Position numbers and translations under genes: made by a program
From: Bacillus subtilis subsp. subtilis str. 168
GTDB taxonomy: Bacteria > Bacillota > Bacilli > Bacillales > Bacillaceae
Reading direction: 5' to 3'
NCBI RefSeq assembly: GCF_000009045.1
Contig: NC_000964.3
Coordinates: 3,630,001 to 3,662,000 of the forward strand
Length of the DNA stretch: 32,000 bases
In this document: positions 16,753 to 25,585 of the stretch, piece by piece
Layout: each line of letters begins with the position of its first letter
Position numbering within the stretch: the first letter of the stretch is position 1
Notes under the pieces: generated by a model
Databases searched by the model: none
Told to the model about the DNA's origin: nothing
The model's input: the letters and a program-made list of their open reading frames with translations, nothing else

Positions 16753-17406
16753 ATGCTGCACAGCTATTTTACTGTGAAAGAAGCGGGAGAACACGAGATT
16801 GTTATAGAAAAATCGCGTTTTATCTGTCATTTAAGCCGTGTTTCTACCGAACAAGAGGCACAGGAATTTATACAGAAAATAAAGAAACAGCACTGGAATG
16901 CGACTCATAATTGCTCGGCTTATGTTATTGGCGAGAATGATCATATCCAAAAAGCCAATGATGACGGGGAACCAAGCGGTACAGCGGGAGTGCCGATGCT
17001 CGAGGTTTTAAAAAAACGCAGGCTGAAGGATACTTGCGCCGTCGTTACACGCTACTTCGGAGGCATTAAGCTTGGTGCTGGCGGATTAATTCGCGCTTAT
17101 GGGAAATCAGTGTCTGAAGGATTAAATCATATAGGTGTTGTAGAACGGAAGCTTATGCGAATCATGCATACTTCTGCAGATTACACATGGCTTGGCAAGA
17201 TTGAAAATGAATTAAGGGAGTCACAATTTCTGTTAAAGGAAATCCATTATTCAGAAAATGTTGAATTCGAAACATACGTGGAAGAAAAAGAAACCAACGC
17301 TTTTTCTGAATGGATGACAGAACTGACAAATGGAAAGAGTGATATTAAAGAGGGAGAGTTGACGTATCTTGAAAAAGCCGTCAATCACATAAAGGAGACT
17401 GAATAA
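16753..17406 (+). CDS. yvyE: IMPACT/YigZ-family protein YvyE
   Basis: The tracked ORF (from 16585) has a spurious N-terminal extension. The ATG at 16753 follows an AGGAGGG SD (16736-16742) and gives 217 aa starting MLHSYFTVKEAGEHEIVIEKSRF. The UPF0029 motif DDGEPSGTAGVPML is present. Confidence 0.9.
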   Translation: MLHSYFTVKEAGEHEIVIEKSRFICHLSRVSTEQEAQEFIQKIKKQHWNATHNCSAYVIGENDHIQKANDDGEPSGTAGVPMLEVLKKRRLKDTCAVVTRYFGGIKLGAGGLIRAYGKSVSEGLNHIGVVERKLMRIMHTSADYTWLGKIENELRESQFLLKEIHYSENVEFETYVEEKETNAFSEWMTELTNGKSDIKEGELTYLEKAVNHIKETE

Positions 17407-18581
17407 TGGCTGAACGCGTTAGAGTGCGTGTGCGAAAAAAGAAAAAGAGCAAACGTAGGAAAATTTTAAAAAGAATAATGTTATTGTTCGCCCTTGCACT
17501 ATTGGTAGTTGTAGGGCTTGGCGGGTATAAACTTTATAAAACCATTAACGCTGCGGATGAATCGTACGATGCCCTATCCCGCGGGAATAAATCAAATCTT
17601 CGCAACGAAGTTGTAGACATGAAGAAAAAACCATTTTCTATTTTATTTATGGGAATAGAGGATTACGCGACTAAAGGACAAAAAGGGAGATCAGACTCTC
17701 TTATTGTTGTTACCCTGGATCCCAAAAATAAAACCATGAAAATGCTGAGCATTCCGCGTGACACACGTGTGCAATTAGCTGGTGACACAACGGGAAGCAA
17801 GACGAAGATCAATGCCGCTTACAGCAAAGGCGGTAAAGATGAAACAGTTGAAACTGTTGAAAACTTCTTGCAAATCCCGATCGATAAATATGTCACAGTT
17901 GATTTTGACGGATTTAAAGATGTGATTAATGAAGTCGGCGGTATTGATGTTGACGTGCCTTTCGATTTCGATGAAAAAAGTGATGTAGACGAAAGCAAAC
18001 GGATTTACTTCAAAAAAGGCGAGATGCATTTGAACGGCGAAGAAGCCTTAGCATATGCCCGGATGAGAAAACAGGATAAACGCGGAGACTTTGGCCGTAA
18101 TGACAGACAAAAACAAATCTTAAACGCGCTGATTGACCGCATGTCAAGTGCAAGCAACATTGCTAAAATTGATAAAATCGCAGAAAAAGCCAGCGAAAAC
18201 GTTGAAACCAATATTCGCATTACTGAAGGTTTAGCGCTTCAGCAGATTTACAGCGGCTTTACCAGCAAAAAAATCGACACATTGAGCATTACAGGTTCTG
18301 ATTTGTATTTAGGGCCTAACAACACATATTACTTTGAACCTGATGCTACAAATCTCGAGAAAGTCAGAAAAACGCTTCAAGAGCATTTAGATTATACTCC
18401 TGATACAAGCACTGGCACTTCCGGTACCGAAGACGGGACTGACAGCTCAAGCAGTTCTGGCAGCACTGGCAGCACTGGCACAACAACTGACGGGACGACG
18501 AACGGAAGCAGCTATTCGAATGACAGCAGCACAAGCTCAAACAACAGTACAACGAATTCAACAACTGATTCATCCTATTAA
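17406..18581 (+). CDS. tagV: LytR-CpsA-Psr (LCP) family wall-polymer ligase TagV (YvhJ)
   Basis: The 391-aa ORF starts in a TAATG overlap with the yvyE stop. It has a basic N-terminus plus one TM helix and LCP motifs (RSDSLIVVTLDP, LSIPRDT, AYARMRK). The C-terminus is a 60-aa S/T/G/N/D-rich tail. Confidence 0.9.
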   Translation: MAERVRVRVRKKKKSKRRKILKRIMLLFALALLVVVGLGGYKLYKTINAADESYDALSRGNKSNLRNEVVDMKKKPFSILFMGIEDYATKGQKGRSDSLIVVTLDPKNKTMKMLSIPRDTRVQLAGDTTGSKTKINAAYSKGGKDETVETVENFLQIPIDKYVTVDFDGFKDVINEVGGIDVDVPFDFDEKSDVDESKRIYFKKGEMHLNGEEALAYARMRKQDKRGDFGRNDRQKQILNALIDRMSSASNIAKIDKIAEKASENVETNIRITEGLALQQIYSGFTSKKIDTLSITGSDLYLGPNNTYYFEPDATNLEKVRKTLQEHLDYTPDTSTGTSGTEDGTDSSSSSGSTGSTGTTTDGTTNGSSYSNDSSTSSNNSTTNSTTDSSY

Positions 18582-18584
18582 AAA

Positions 18585-18617
18585 ATGCCCGGTCCTTTTA
18601 GAGGATCGGGCATTTTT
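18585..18617 (+). terminator. Intrinsic terminator of yvyE-tagV
   Basis: The plus strand reads ATGCCCGGTCC-ttttaga-GGATCGGGCAT (about 11 bp with one mismatch) followed by TTTTT. It starts 4 nt after the tagV stop. Confidence 0.85.
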
Positions 18618-18622
18618 GCGCA

Positions 18623-18655
18623 GAAAAAAACTCCGGCACATAAGCCGGAGTTTTT
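18623..18655 (-). terminator. Intrinsic terminator of tagO (hairpin is T-flanked on both strands)
   Basis: ACTCCGGC (18630-18637) pairs with GCCGGAGT (18644-18651). On the minus strand the hairpin is followed by TTTTTTT (18624-18630). It starts right at the tagO stop codon. Confidence 0.8.
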
Positions 18656-19730
18656 AATTCCTTTTCACCAGCCGTTTATAAAACTTTGTAAACGGCTTAA
18701 ATTTTTCATTCACGAGTCCTGTCACTTCTGCTATGATTTGCATAAAAATAATCAAAATGAAGATAATAAACAAAGAAAGCCAAATTGTGGCACTTTTAAG
18801 TACAATCGCACTGATACTGAAAATAAATCCAATTAAATAAATAACTAAGACCGACATCCGATGTGAAAGGCCAAAGGCCATCAGTCTATGGTGAATATGC
18901 GACTTATCAGGCGCTGAAATCGGCTGTTTGTTTAATATTCTTCTGATGATAGCAAATGTTGTATCAAAAATCGGTACGCCTAATATAATAATCGGGATAA
19001 CGATACTGAACAATGTGACACTTTTATACAGGCCTAATAATGAAAGAATCGAGATACTATACCCTAAAAACAGTGATCCCGTATCTCCCATAAAGATTTT
19101 TGCCGGATGGAAGTTGTAAAACAAAAACCCCAGCGTGCTGGCAATAACGACTAATGAGAGTGACAGAATGAGCACTTTTCCGCCGGATAGCGCCATGACA
19201 GCAATCGTTGACAGGCCGATAACAGAAAGACCGGCAGCAAGGCCATCCAATCCATCAATCAGGTTAATTGCGTTCGTGATGCCGACAATCCATAATACCG
19301 TCAGCGGATAAGCCATCCATCCTAACTCAAATCGTTCTGTTAAAAAAGGTACTGAGAAAAAGTCCATTTTTAAGCCAGTGCTTACAATCATAATGGCTAC
19401 ACCTAATTGAATCAAAAACTTAACTTTTGCACTTAATTGATATTTATCGTCAAGAATACCTAACACAATAATGATGAATGCTCCGACTGTAATTGCCGTC
19501 ATCCTTGTTTCTGTGTAAATACCGGATGCAAGCACGCCTGCAACCACCCCGATAAATATGGCCAGCCCGCCCATGCGGGGCATGATTTTGTCATGTACTT
19601 TTCGATTGCTGGGCTGGTCAACTGCACCTATTTTAATCGCAATCCTTTTTACGATTGGGGTTATGATTAAAACTGTCAGCAGCGAGACAATAAACGCAAC
19701 AACAATGCGAATCATGCGTTCGTCAAGCAT
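18654..19730 (-). CDS. tagO: Undecaprenyl-phosphate GlcNAc-1-phosphate transferase TagO (WecA/MraY family)
   Basis: This is a 358-aa polytopic membrane protein with family motifs (DDKYQLSAKVKF, NAINLIDGLDGLAAG, FMGDTGSLFLGY). Confidence 0.95.
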   Translation of the reverse strand: MLDERMIRIVVAFIVSLLTVLIITPIVKRIAIKIGAVDQPSNRKVHDKIMPRMGGLAIFIGVVAGVLASGIYTETRMTAITVGAFIIIVLGILDDKYQLSAKVKFLIQLGVAIMIVSTGLKMDFFSVPFLTERFELGWMAYPLTVLWIVGITNAINLIDGLDGLAAGLSVIGLSTIAVMALSGGKVLILSLSLVVIASTLGFLFYNFHPAKIFMGDTGSLFLGYSISILSLLGLYKSVTLFSIVIPIIILGVPIFDTTFAIIRRILNKQPISAPDKSHIHHRLMAFGLSHRMSVLVIYLIGFIFSISAIVLKSATIWLSLFIIFILIIFMQIIAEVTGLVNEKFKPFTKFYKRLVKRN

Positions 19731-19789
19731 AAAGAAGTCTCCTTTGGAATTAAATGAAGTCTTTATTTATATAGAGAACCGTTCCTTCC

Positions 19790-19818
19790 ATTATACCTTC
19801 TCCTTAGTTATTATAACA
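19790..19818 (-). promoter_or_regulatory. Candidate sigma-A promoters upstream of tagO
   Basis: The minus strand has an extended -10, TGTTATAAT (19810-19818). A second TATAAT (19790-19795) has TTGTTA 18 nt upstream. These lie 60-90 nt before the tagO ATG. The -35 regions are weak. Confidence 0.35.
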
Positions 19819-19847
19819 AGCTTCATCAAAAAGAAACACGTATAATC

Positions 19848-19880
19848 AAAAAACGCGCATCCCAATTTATAGGACTACGC
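19848..19880 (-). terminator. Weak terminator-like structure after tuaH
   Basis: The minus strand reads GCGTAGTCC-tataaattg-GGATGCGC, an interrupted stem that includes the tuaH TAG stop. It is followed by GTTTTTT. The stem is imperfect. Confidence 0.35.
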
Positions 19881-21074
19881 ATGTTTTTGAATCCCTGTAT
19901 ATTTCATAATTTGTCTAAATAAGCAATTCCAATCTTGTGTCCGGGCGATGTTTCGGCGCATTTCTTTATAGGTCTCGTCTCCGTTTTGACCGAGAACTTT
20001 TTCACAAGCGGCTATAAAATCAATCGGATGATCGCCCTCTACATATTCGTATACATACGGCTTTTGCATTTTTGAGGTTGACGGAAGATTAGTGCCTACA
20101 ACAGGTTTTCCTGCCGCTAAAAATTCAAATAGTTTCAGCGGAAACACAGCTTGATTATACGGTGATTGTTTATATGGCATAATGCCAATGTCGATAAGCT
20201 CCATATAATGAGGCACTTCTTTTGGATCTGCCGGACCGGTCCATATGACATTGGGAAGCCTCAGCAGCTCTTGAAACGAAACATCACCATTGGTGGCATC
20301 CGGGCCAACCCATAAAAATGTCCAATCAGGCTTTTGCAGTGCCGCTTCTTTAATCATTTTAAAATCGAGCTTCGGTTTAATCCCGCCAATAAAACCTAAC
20401 ACTATTCCTTCTCTCCCCTGCAGTATACTGCGATCGGGAGCTTGTTTATTTGCAGAAAACAGCTCATACTCCACACCGTTTTCCACAGTATGAACCTTTT
20501 CTCGTCCTGCAGTCAGTTTTTTGTCTACTTCCTTGTGAAGATAATCTGATGAACAGGTTATTGAATCTGCTCGTTGTATAATTCTCAGCTCTGCCGATTT
20601 AATGACTTTTCGCCGGAATTCAGACAGCAGATTTGATCGGCCGCTGATCGGCGCAGCCCATAGGTCACTGCAGTCATAAATGACCTGATCCCAAGAATAC
20701 AGCGAAGACAGCAGCGGGAATCCGGGAAACGTGTACCATAAACAGCAGCGTTCACCGTTTGCAGAAGCAGGTGTAAGCTCATCGAGTAATGGGGAGAGCT
20801 TATGTCTGTAAAAGACATCTGTATATCGTCCGAAACGAAACATTTTTTTCTGCAGCAGGTCTTTGACAGCGAATTGCCTGATGCCAGAATGGACTTCCTG
20901 AAACTCTTTCCCTTGGGCACGCGGAGCCGGACATACCCAAATAACTTCCTTCGTTTCCTCCTGAGCAGCTAAAAATTCTGCCAGCCGGTGCCTTCTGTAT
21001 CTCAATTGGTCTTTTCCCCATTCAGCAGTGGCAACGATGACATGAATGATTGCTTCTTTTGTTTCCACCTTCAT
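19875..21074 (-). CDS. tuaH: Teichuronic acid biosynthesis glycosyltransferase TuaH (GT4-like)
   Basis: The ORF is about 397-400 aa. Three candidate starts are clustered (GTG 21077, ATG 21074, GTG 21068) after an AAAGGTG SD. It is the last gene of the tua cluster. Confidence 0.88.
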   Translation of the reverse strand: MKVETKEAIIHVIVATAEWGKDQLRYRRHRLAEFLAAQEETKEVIWVCPAPRAQGKEFQEVHSGIRQFAVKDLLQKKMFRFGRYTDVFYRHKLSPLLDELTPASANGERCCLWYTFPGFPLLSSLYSWDQVIYDCSDLWAAPISGRSNLLSEFRRKVIKSAELRIIQRADSITCSSDYLHKEVDKKLTAGREKVHTVENGVEYELFSANKQAPDRSILQGREGIVLGFIGGIKPKLDFKMIKEAALQKPDWTFLWVGPDATNGDVSFQELLRLPNVIWTGPADPKEVPHYMELIDIGIMPYKQSPYNQAVFPLKLFEFLAAGKPVVGTNLPSTSKMQKPYVYEYVEGDHPIDFIAACEKVLGQNGDETYKEMRRNIARTQDWNCLFRQIMKYTGIQKHA

Positions 21075-21096
21075 CACCTTTTCTCTCTGTTTGCAG

Positions 21097-21855
21097 CTAT
21101 AATCTTTTTTTCACCGCGTTTTTTGCATATTGAACAAAACACCATGTTGCTTTCATAAAATGAAGCCGTTCGATCTCCCTGTAGACAAACCACGTTTTTT
21201 TCGCAGCCTTCCATTTGTTGCTGGAAATTGAATTATTGACAAGCCGATATTCAGCCAGGCATTCATTCATTCCATAGGCAGTAAATCCTTTTTTTAAAAG
21301 AGACAGCCATGTGGCTAAGTCCTGTCTCGTTCTGATATTCGGCATTTGGATCTGTCCCGTTTGCTCCCTGTCAATCATCACCGTCAAGCAGCCGATAATT
21401 GTATTTTTCAGGGCGTCATCGTACGTCAGGCTTTCCGGCGCATGAATAAATTTATCGAGCGGGGTCCCGTCCTGCGCCATTAAGCTGTAGCCCGTGAAAG
21501 AGAACGCACAGGAGCGCTCCATCATAAACTCAAGCTGCTTTTCCAGTTTGTCTTTTTTCCATTTGTCATCACTGTCCAAAAATGCTACGTAGCGCCCTTG
21601 AGCGCGTTCCAACGCTTTGTTGCGAGCAACCGCAGCTCCGGAGTTCTCTTCCAGATACACCACATGAATTCTTTCGTCTATTTTTTCATACTGCTGTAAA
21701 ATGTCGCGGGTCCCATCCGTTGAGCAATCATCCACGATAATCATTTCCCAATGAGGATGGCTCTGATCTAATACCGAATGAACCGTGTCTTCAATATAGT
21801 CACGCGCATTATAGGAAGGTGTAATGACAGATACGAGAGGTTTCCAATTGGTCAT
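21097..21855 (-). CDS. tuaG: Teichuronic acid biosynthesis glycosyltransferase TuaG (GT2)
   Basis: The ATG at 21853-21855, 8 nt after a GGAG SD, gives 252 aa. GT2 signatures are present: VSVITPSYNA, IIVDDCSTDGT and FLDSDD (DxD). Confidence 0.9.
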   Translation of the reverse strand: MTNWKPLVSVITPSYNARDYIEDTVHSVLDQSHPHWEMIIVDDCSTDGTRDILQQYEKIDERIHVVYLEENSGAAVARNKALERAQGRYVAFLDSDDKWKKDKLEKQLEFMMERSCAFSFTGYSLMAQDGTPLDKFIHAPESLTYDDALKNTIIGCLTVMIDREQTGQIQMPNIRTRQDLATWLSLLKKGFTAYGMNECLAEYRLVNNSISSNKWKAAKKTWFVYREIERLHFMKATWCFVQYAKNAVKKRL

Positions 21856-21878
21856 GATCACATCTCCATCGTATGATT

Positions 21879-22559
21879 TTAAAAGGATTCTCTGAAAAAT
21901 TCAGGAATGACAACGAACATAAAGGCAATCGTAAGGCCAATCATAACGCCGAGAACTGCTTTCTTTTTCGGAGACATACCGCCGCCTGCTGTCTCACTTA
22001 CGGTTTCGGAATCAGTAACACTTGCCGCTTTCAGGTTAAGCTGTGTGTTTTTGAGTTCATATAAAAATCTCTCTTTATCCACTTTGGAATCCTCGCTCAC
22101 CGACTCGCCTTCAAGCGCGTCTATGCTGCTGCGGATGACGGCTTCTCTTTCTGCATACAGCTTTTGATCGTTTTTGAGGAAGGTGGAGGATATGGCGTTT
22201 AAGACAGATTCCGTTCTATCCTTATCCTCGTCACTATAGCTTAAAGTCAGTAACGATTTGGATTCCGTATTGATTGTAAGCTTCTCTTTGATCTCTGCTA
22301 CATCTTCATCCTTTTCATCAGGAAGCGCCTCCTTCAAAAAGGAGTCGCTCTTTAATAGAAGCGGAATCTCTTCTGTGCTGTTATAAACCGGATGATCATA
22401 GCTCCCCACAGCCAAAGTATCTTCAGCTGTATAGCTCTTTTGATCAGCGATCTGTGACGGCAGGATATACCCCGCCGCACCTAATATAATTGGCACCGCT
22501 ATGATCCAAATGATATTTTTTTTTATGCGACGGGCTATTCTTATCAATATATCGTTCAT
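21879..22559 (-). CDS. tuaF: TuaF, Wzz-like bitopic membrane protein (putative chain-length regulator)
   Basis: The 226-aa product has one TM helix near each terminus (IIWIIAVPIILGAAGYIL and VLGVMIGLTIAFMFVVI) flanking an acidic coiled middle. This is the topology of polysaccharide co-polymerases. Confidence 0.85.
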   Translation of the reverse strand: MNDILIRIARRIKKNIIWIIAVPIILGAAGYILPSQIADQKSYTAEDTLAVGSYDHPVYNSTEEIPLLLKSDSFLKEALPDEKDEDVAEIKEKLTINTESKSLLTLSYSDEDKDRTESVLNAISSTFLKNDQKLYAEREAVIRSSIDALEGESVSEDSKVDKERFLYELKNTQLNLKAASVTDSETVSETAGGGMSPKKKAVLGVMIGLTIAFMFVVIPEFFRESF

Positions 22560-22587
22560 ATAAGTCTCCCTGCTTTTTGTAGTCTGT

Positions 22588-24054
22588 TTATCTGTACATC
22601 GGCTCAGGCATTTGTCTGGATCGCCTTAACACATTCACGGCGGCGATGACGAGCGCCATAAACACCCAATGGAAAAATAAATTTGAAACAGAGCTTGGGC
22701 TGATACTTGATACCAGGAAACTGACCATAGCGGTAATAAGTCCTTCTGTGATCAGTTTTGACTGATTTTCTAATTTTCTTTCATAAAACTTGTAAAGCAC
22801 CCATATGAGGTAGGCATAAACGGACAAATATCCCAGCATGATGAACAAACCAAAATTAGCAAGAATTTCAACAAGCCAGTTATGCACCTCTGCCACATTG
22901 TCAGTATCATATACAGCATAATGCTCAAGATAATAGGATACATTTCCTGCCCCGACTCCGAATCCGTATGAATCAAGGAAAAAATGCCAAGCGTTTTTCA
23001 GCAGATTTGCCCGAGCCACATTTGATGGAAGCCTGTCATGAAATGAATGCAGCGTCTGCGGGGCCAGAAACAGCTCCCAAAACTTTGAATAGATTTTGCT
23101 GGCGAAAAGAACTGCGAAAAGAGCAATTCCCGCCGCCGACAGCCATATAGCCATTCTCTTTAAAACAGGCGGCAATACAATGAAGATGTAGACAGCAATA
23201 CCTGCAAAAATGCCCAGAAGGCTGGCTCTTGAACCAGTGGCAAAAATTAAATACAACGCACAGAGCGAGAGCACAAGGCCAATTGCCTTGATGTATCCAT
23301 TCTTAATGTTTTTCATCATCGTGATGTAAAAAAAGAAGCTGATGGATAAAAAGGTCGCAAAGTCATTTTGATTAAAAAAGACCGATGTCGGATAATGCTG
23401 CTTGTACTCCGGTCCGCTGTACAATGTGGAACTCGCAAGATGATGGTGGGTGATATGATTGTAAAAACCAATGATCATCAGAAATACCGTCATCACCAGC
23501 CAAATGGCATAAACAATCATCAGCCGCTCCATTTTTTGCACGTACATGACAATAAGATAAATGAAGAAGATCCCCATTGCCAATAAGGCTAAATACTTGA
23601 GGCCAACTGTTACCGACTTGGCCCACAGCAGAGAAACAAGGCCATATATAAACCAAAAGGCGAAAAAGAGTAAAATCCCTTTTACTTGCAGCCCATGCCA
23701 TCTTTCAATATGGGTTCGATTCCGAACCATGCCGAAAATATGAAGGCAACCCGCTGCAATGAGCAGAAGCCGGTAAAGGAACAAACTGAAAAATCCAAGA
23801 TGAATGGCAAAAAATGCATTATTTAAAAAAGTGCAGGCGATCAAAATATAGATTACAGCCATAAAGAGCCGTTCTTTTGTTGTAAATGCGGTTGCAAGCG
23901 TCAGTAAAAACAGGCCAATTGCCAACACCGCAAGCACAGCAGCCATCTGCATGAAACCTATATCTTTATGGATGGCTCCCAGCAATAGGACGACTCCAAA
24001 TATAGCAGCGGCCAGTAACGCTAGCGTATGGACCGCTGATCGTTTGATACTCAC
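22588..24054 (-). CDS. tuaE: TuaE, O-antigen ligase/polymerase-like (Wzy-type) membrane protein
   Basis: This 488-aa ORF encodes a highly hydrophobic polytopic protein. It has a GTG start at 24052-24054, 8 nt after an AAGGGG SD. Confidence 0.9.
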   Translation of the reverse strand: MSIKRSAVHTLALLAAAIFGVVLLLGAIHKDIGFMQMAAVLAVLAIGLFLLTLATAFTTKERLFMAVIYILIACTFLNNAFFAIHLGFFSLFLYRLLLIAAGCLHIFGMVRNRTHIERWHGLQVKGILLFFAFWFIYGLVSLLWAKSVTVGLKYLALLAMGIFFIYLIVMYVQKMERLMIVYAIWLVMTVFLMIIGFYNHITHHHLASSTLYSGPEYKQHYPTSVFFNQNDFATFLSISFFFYITMMKNIKNGYIKAIGLVLSLCALYLIFATGSRASLLGIFAGIAVYIFIVLPPVLKRMAIWLSAAGIALFAVLFASKIYSKFWELFLAPQTLHSFHDRLPSNVARANLLKNAWHFFLDSYGFGVGAGNVSYYLEHYAVYDTDNVAEVHNWLVEILANFGLFIMLGYLSVYAYLIWVLYKFYERKLENQSKLITEGLITAMVSFLVSSISPSSVSNLFFHWVFMALVIAAVNVLRRSRQMPEPMYR

Positions 24055-24138
24055 ATGTTTAACCCCTTTCCTGATGTTTCAGGAGCCGGCGGCCGAGCCT
24101 AGCAGCCGGCAGCTTCAACCAAGTAACACTTTTTCTTT

Positions 24139-25524
24139 TTATAAATTGACGCTTCCCAAGTCTTTAGCCAATTCTTCAAGCGGCAAGCCCGGAAAATACT
24201 TGTCAGAGGGTTCCGTTCCCCGAACAGCGGGACGGCCGATAGAGTGATAAATGTATCCGGCTGCCTGCATCTCTTCAAGTGAAAATAAATTTCTGCCGTC
24301 AATGATGACTGGCTGTTTTAAGAGGGTTTTCACTTTTACAAGCTCCATTTCTTTCACTTCCGGCCAATCCGTTAAAATCAGGCATGCATCAGTGTCTTCC
24401 ATCGCAGCATACACATCTGTGTAATACTCGACCTGTTCGCCAAGGATCGCTGAAGCTTCAGGAATAGCAATCGGATCGTATGCTTTTACATGGGCGCCCA
24501 GCTGCTGCAGCATTGGGATAATATCAAGCGCTGGAGCGGATCTCACATCGTTCGTATTCGGTTTGAAGGCTAATCCCAGGACTGAAATGGTTCTCCCTTT
24601 GACGCTTCCCATAACAGTCAAAAGTTTATCTACAATATGAACACGCTGCTTTTCGTTCGTTTCAATGACAGCTTCGATGAGCTTGAATGGATAGCCTGCC
24701 GATTTTGCGATTTGAAGCAGCGCGGTTGTATCCTTTGGAAAACATGAACCGCCGAATCCAATACCAGCTTTAAGGAACTTTCTGCCGATACGGCTGTCAA
24801 GACCAACACCATCAGCAACTTTTGAAACGTCTGCGCCGACTCGCTCACAAATGTTTGCGATATCGTTGATAAAGGAAATCTTTGTCGCCAGAAATGCATT
24901 CGCGGCGTATTTAATCATTTCTGCACTTTCTAGGTTTGTTTTAATGACAGGAGCATGGAATGGCTGATGAAGTTCCTCAATGATGGCAGCGGCTTTATGA
25001 CTTGTTGAACCAATCACGGCACGCTCCATATTCATCGTGTCATGAATCGCTGACCCTTCCCGAAGGAATTCAGGGTTAGATACAACATCAAATGAGTATC
25101 TCCCCTTTGAGGCTTTTTGAACGATAGATTGCACCAGTTTCCCTGTTCCAACCGGGACTGTGCTTTTATTTACGATCACTTTGTAGCCGTTAAGATGCTC
25201 ACCGATTGTTTTCGCCGCCGCTTTGACGTACGTTAAATCAGCTTCACCTGTTTTGGACATAGGCGTTCCGACTGCAATATAAATAATATCTGAGGCCCGA
25301 ATGGCAGACGGGATATCGTTCGTAAAGGTCAGGCGCTGATCCAGCACATTTTTTTCAACTAAGTCTGCAAGCCCTGGTTCATAGATTGGGATTACCCCAT
25401 TTTTCAGGCTTCTGATTTTTGATTCATCGATATCACAGCAAACAACTTTATTGCCGATCTCCGCAAAGCAAGTGCCTGATACGAGTCCTACATAACCTGT
25501 TCCAATGACAGCTATTTTTTTCAC
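24139..25524 (-). CDS. tuaD: UDP-glucose 6-dehydrogenase TuaD
   Basis: The GTG at 25522-25524, 9 nt after an AGGAGAGGG SD, gives 461 aa starting (M)KKIAVIGTGYVGLVSG, a Rossmann GxGxxG motif. The catalytic segment GFGGSCFPKD is present. Confidence 0.95.
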   Translation of the reverse strand: MKKIAVIGTGYVGLVSGTCFAEIGNKVVCCDIDESKIRSLKNGVIPIYEPGLADLVEKNVLDQRLTFTNDIPSAIRASDIIYIAVGTPMSKTGEADLTYVKAAAKTIGEHLNGYKVIVNKSTVPVGTGKLVQSIVQKASKGRYSFDVVSNPEFLREGSAIHDTMNMERAVIGSTSHKAAAIIEELHQPFHAPVIKTNLESAEMIKYAANAFLATKISFINDIANICERVGADVSKVADGVGLDSRIGRKFLKAGIGFGGSCFPKDTTALLQIAKSAGYPFKLIEAVIETNEKQRVHIVDKLLTVMGSVKGRTISVLGLAFKPNTNDVRSAPALDIIPMLQQLGAHVKAYDPIAIPEASAILGEQVEYYTDVYAAMEDTDACLILTDWPEVKEMELVKVKTLLKQPVIIDGRNLFSLEEMQAAGYIYHSIGRPAVRGTEPSDKYFPGLPLEELAKDLGSVNL

Positions 25525-25585
25525 AGCGCTCAACCCTCTCCTGTAAAATGATCTTCCAATTTATAATGGTCGCAGTGTCTTACGA

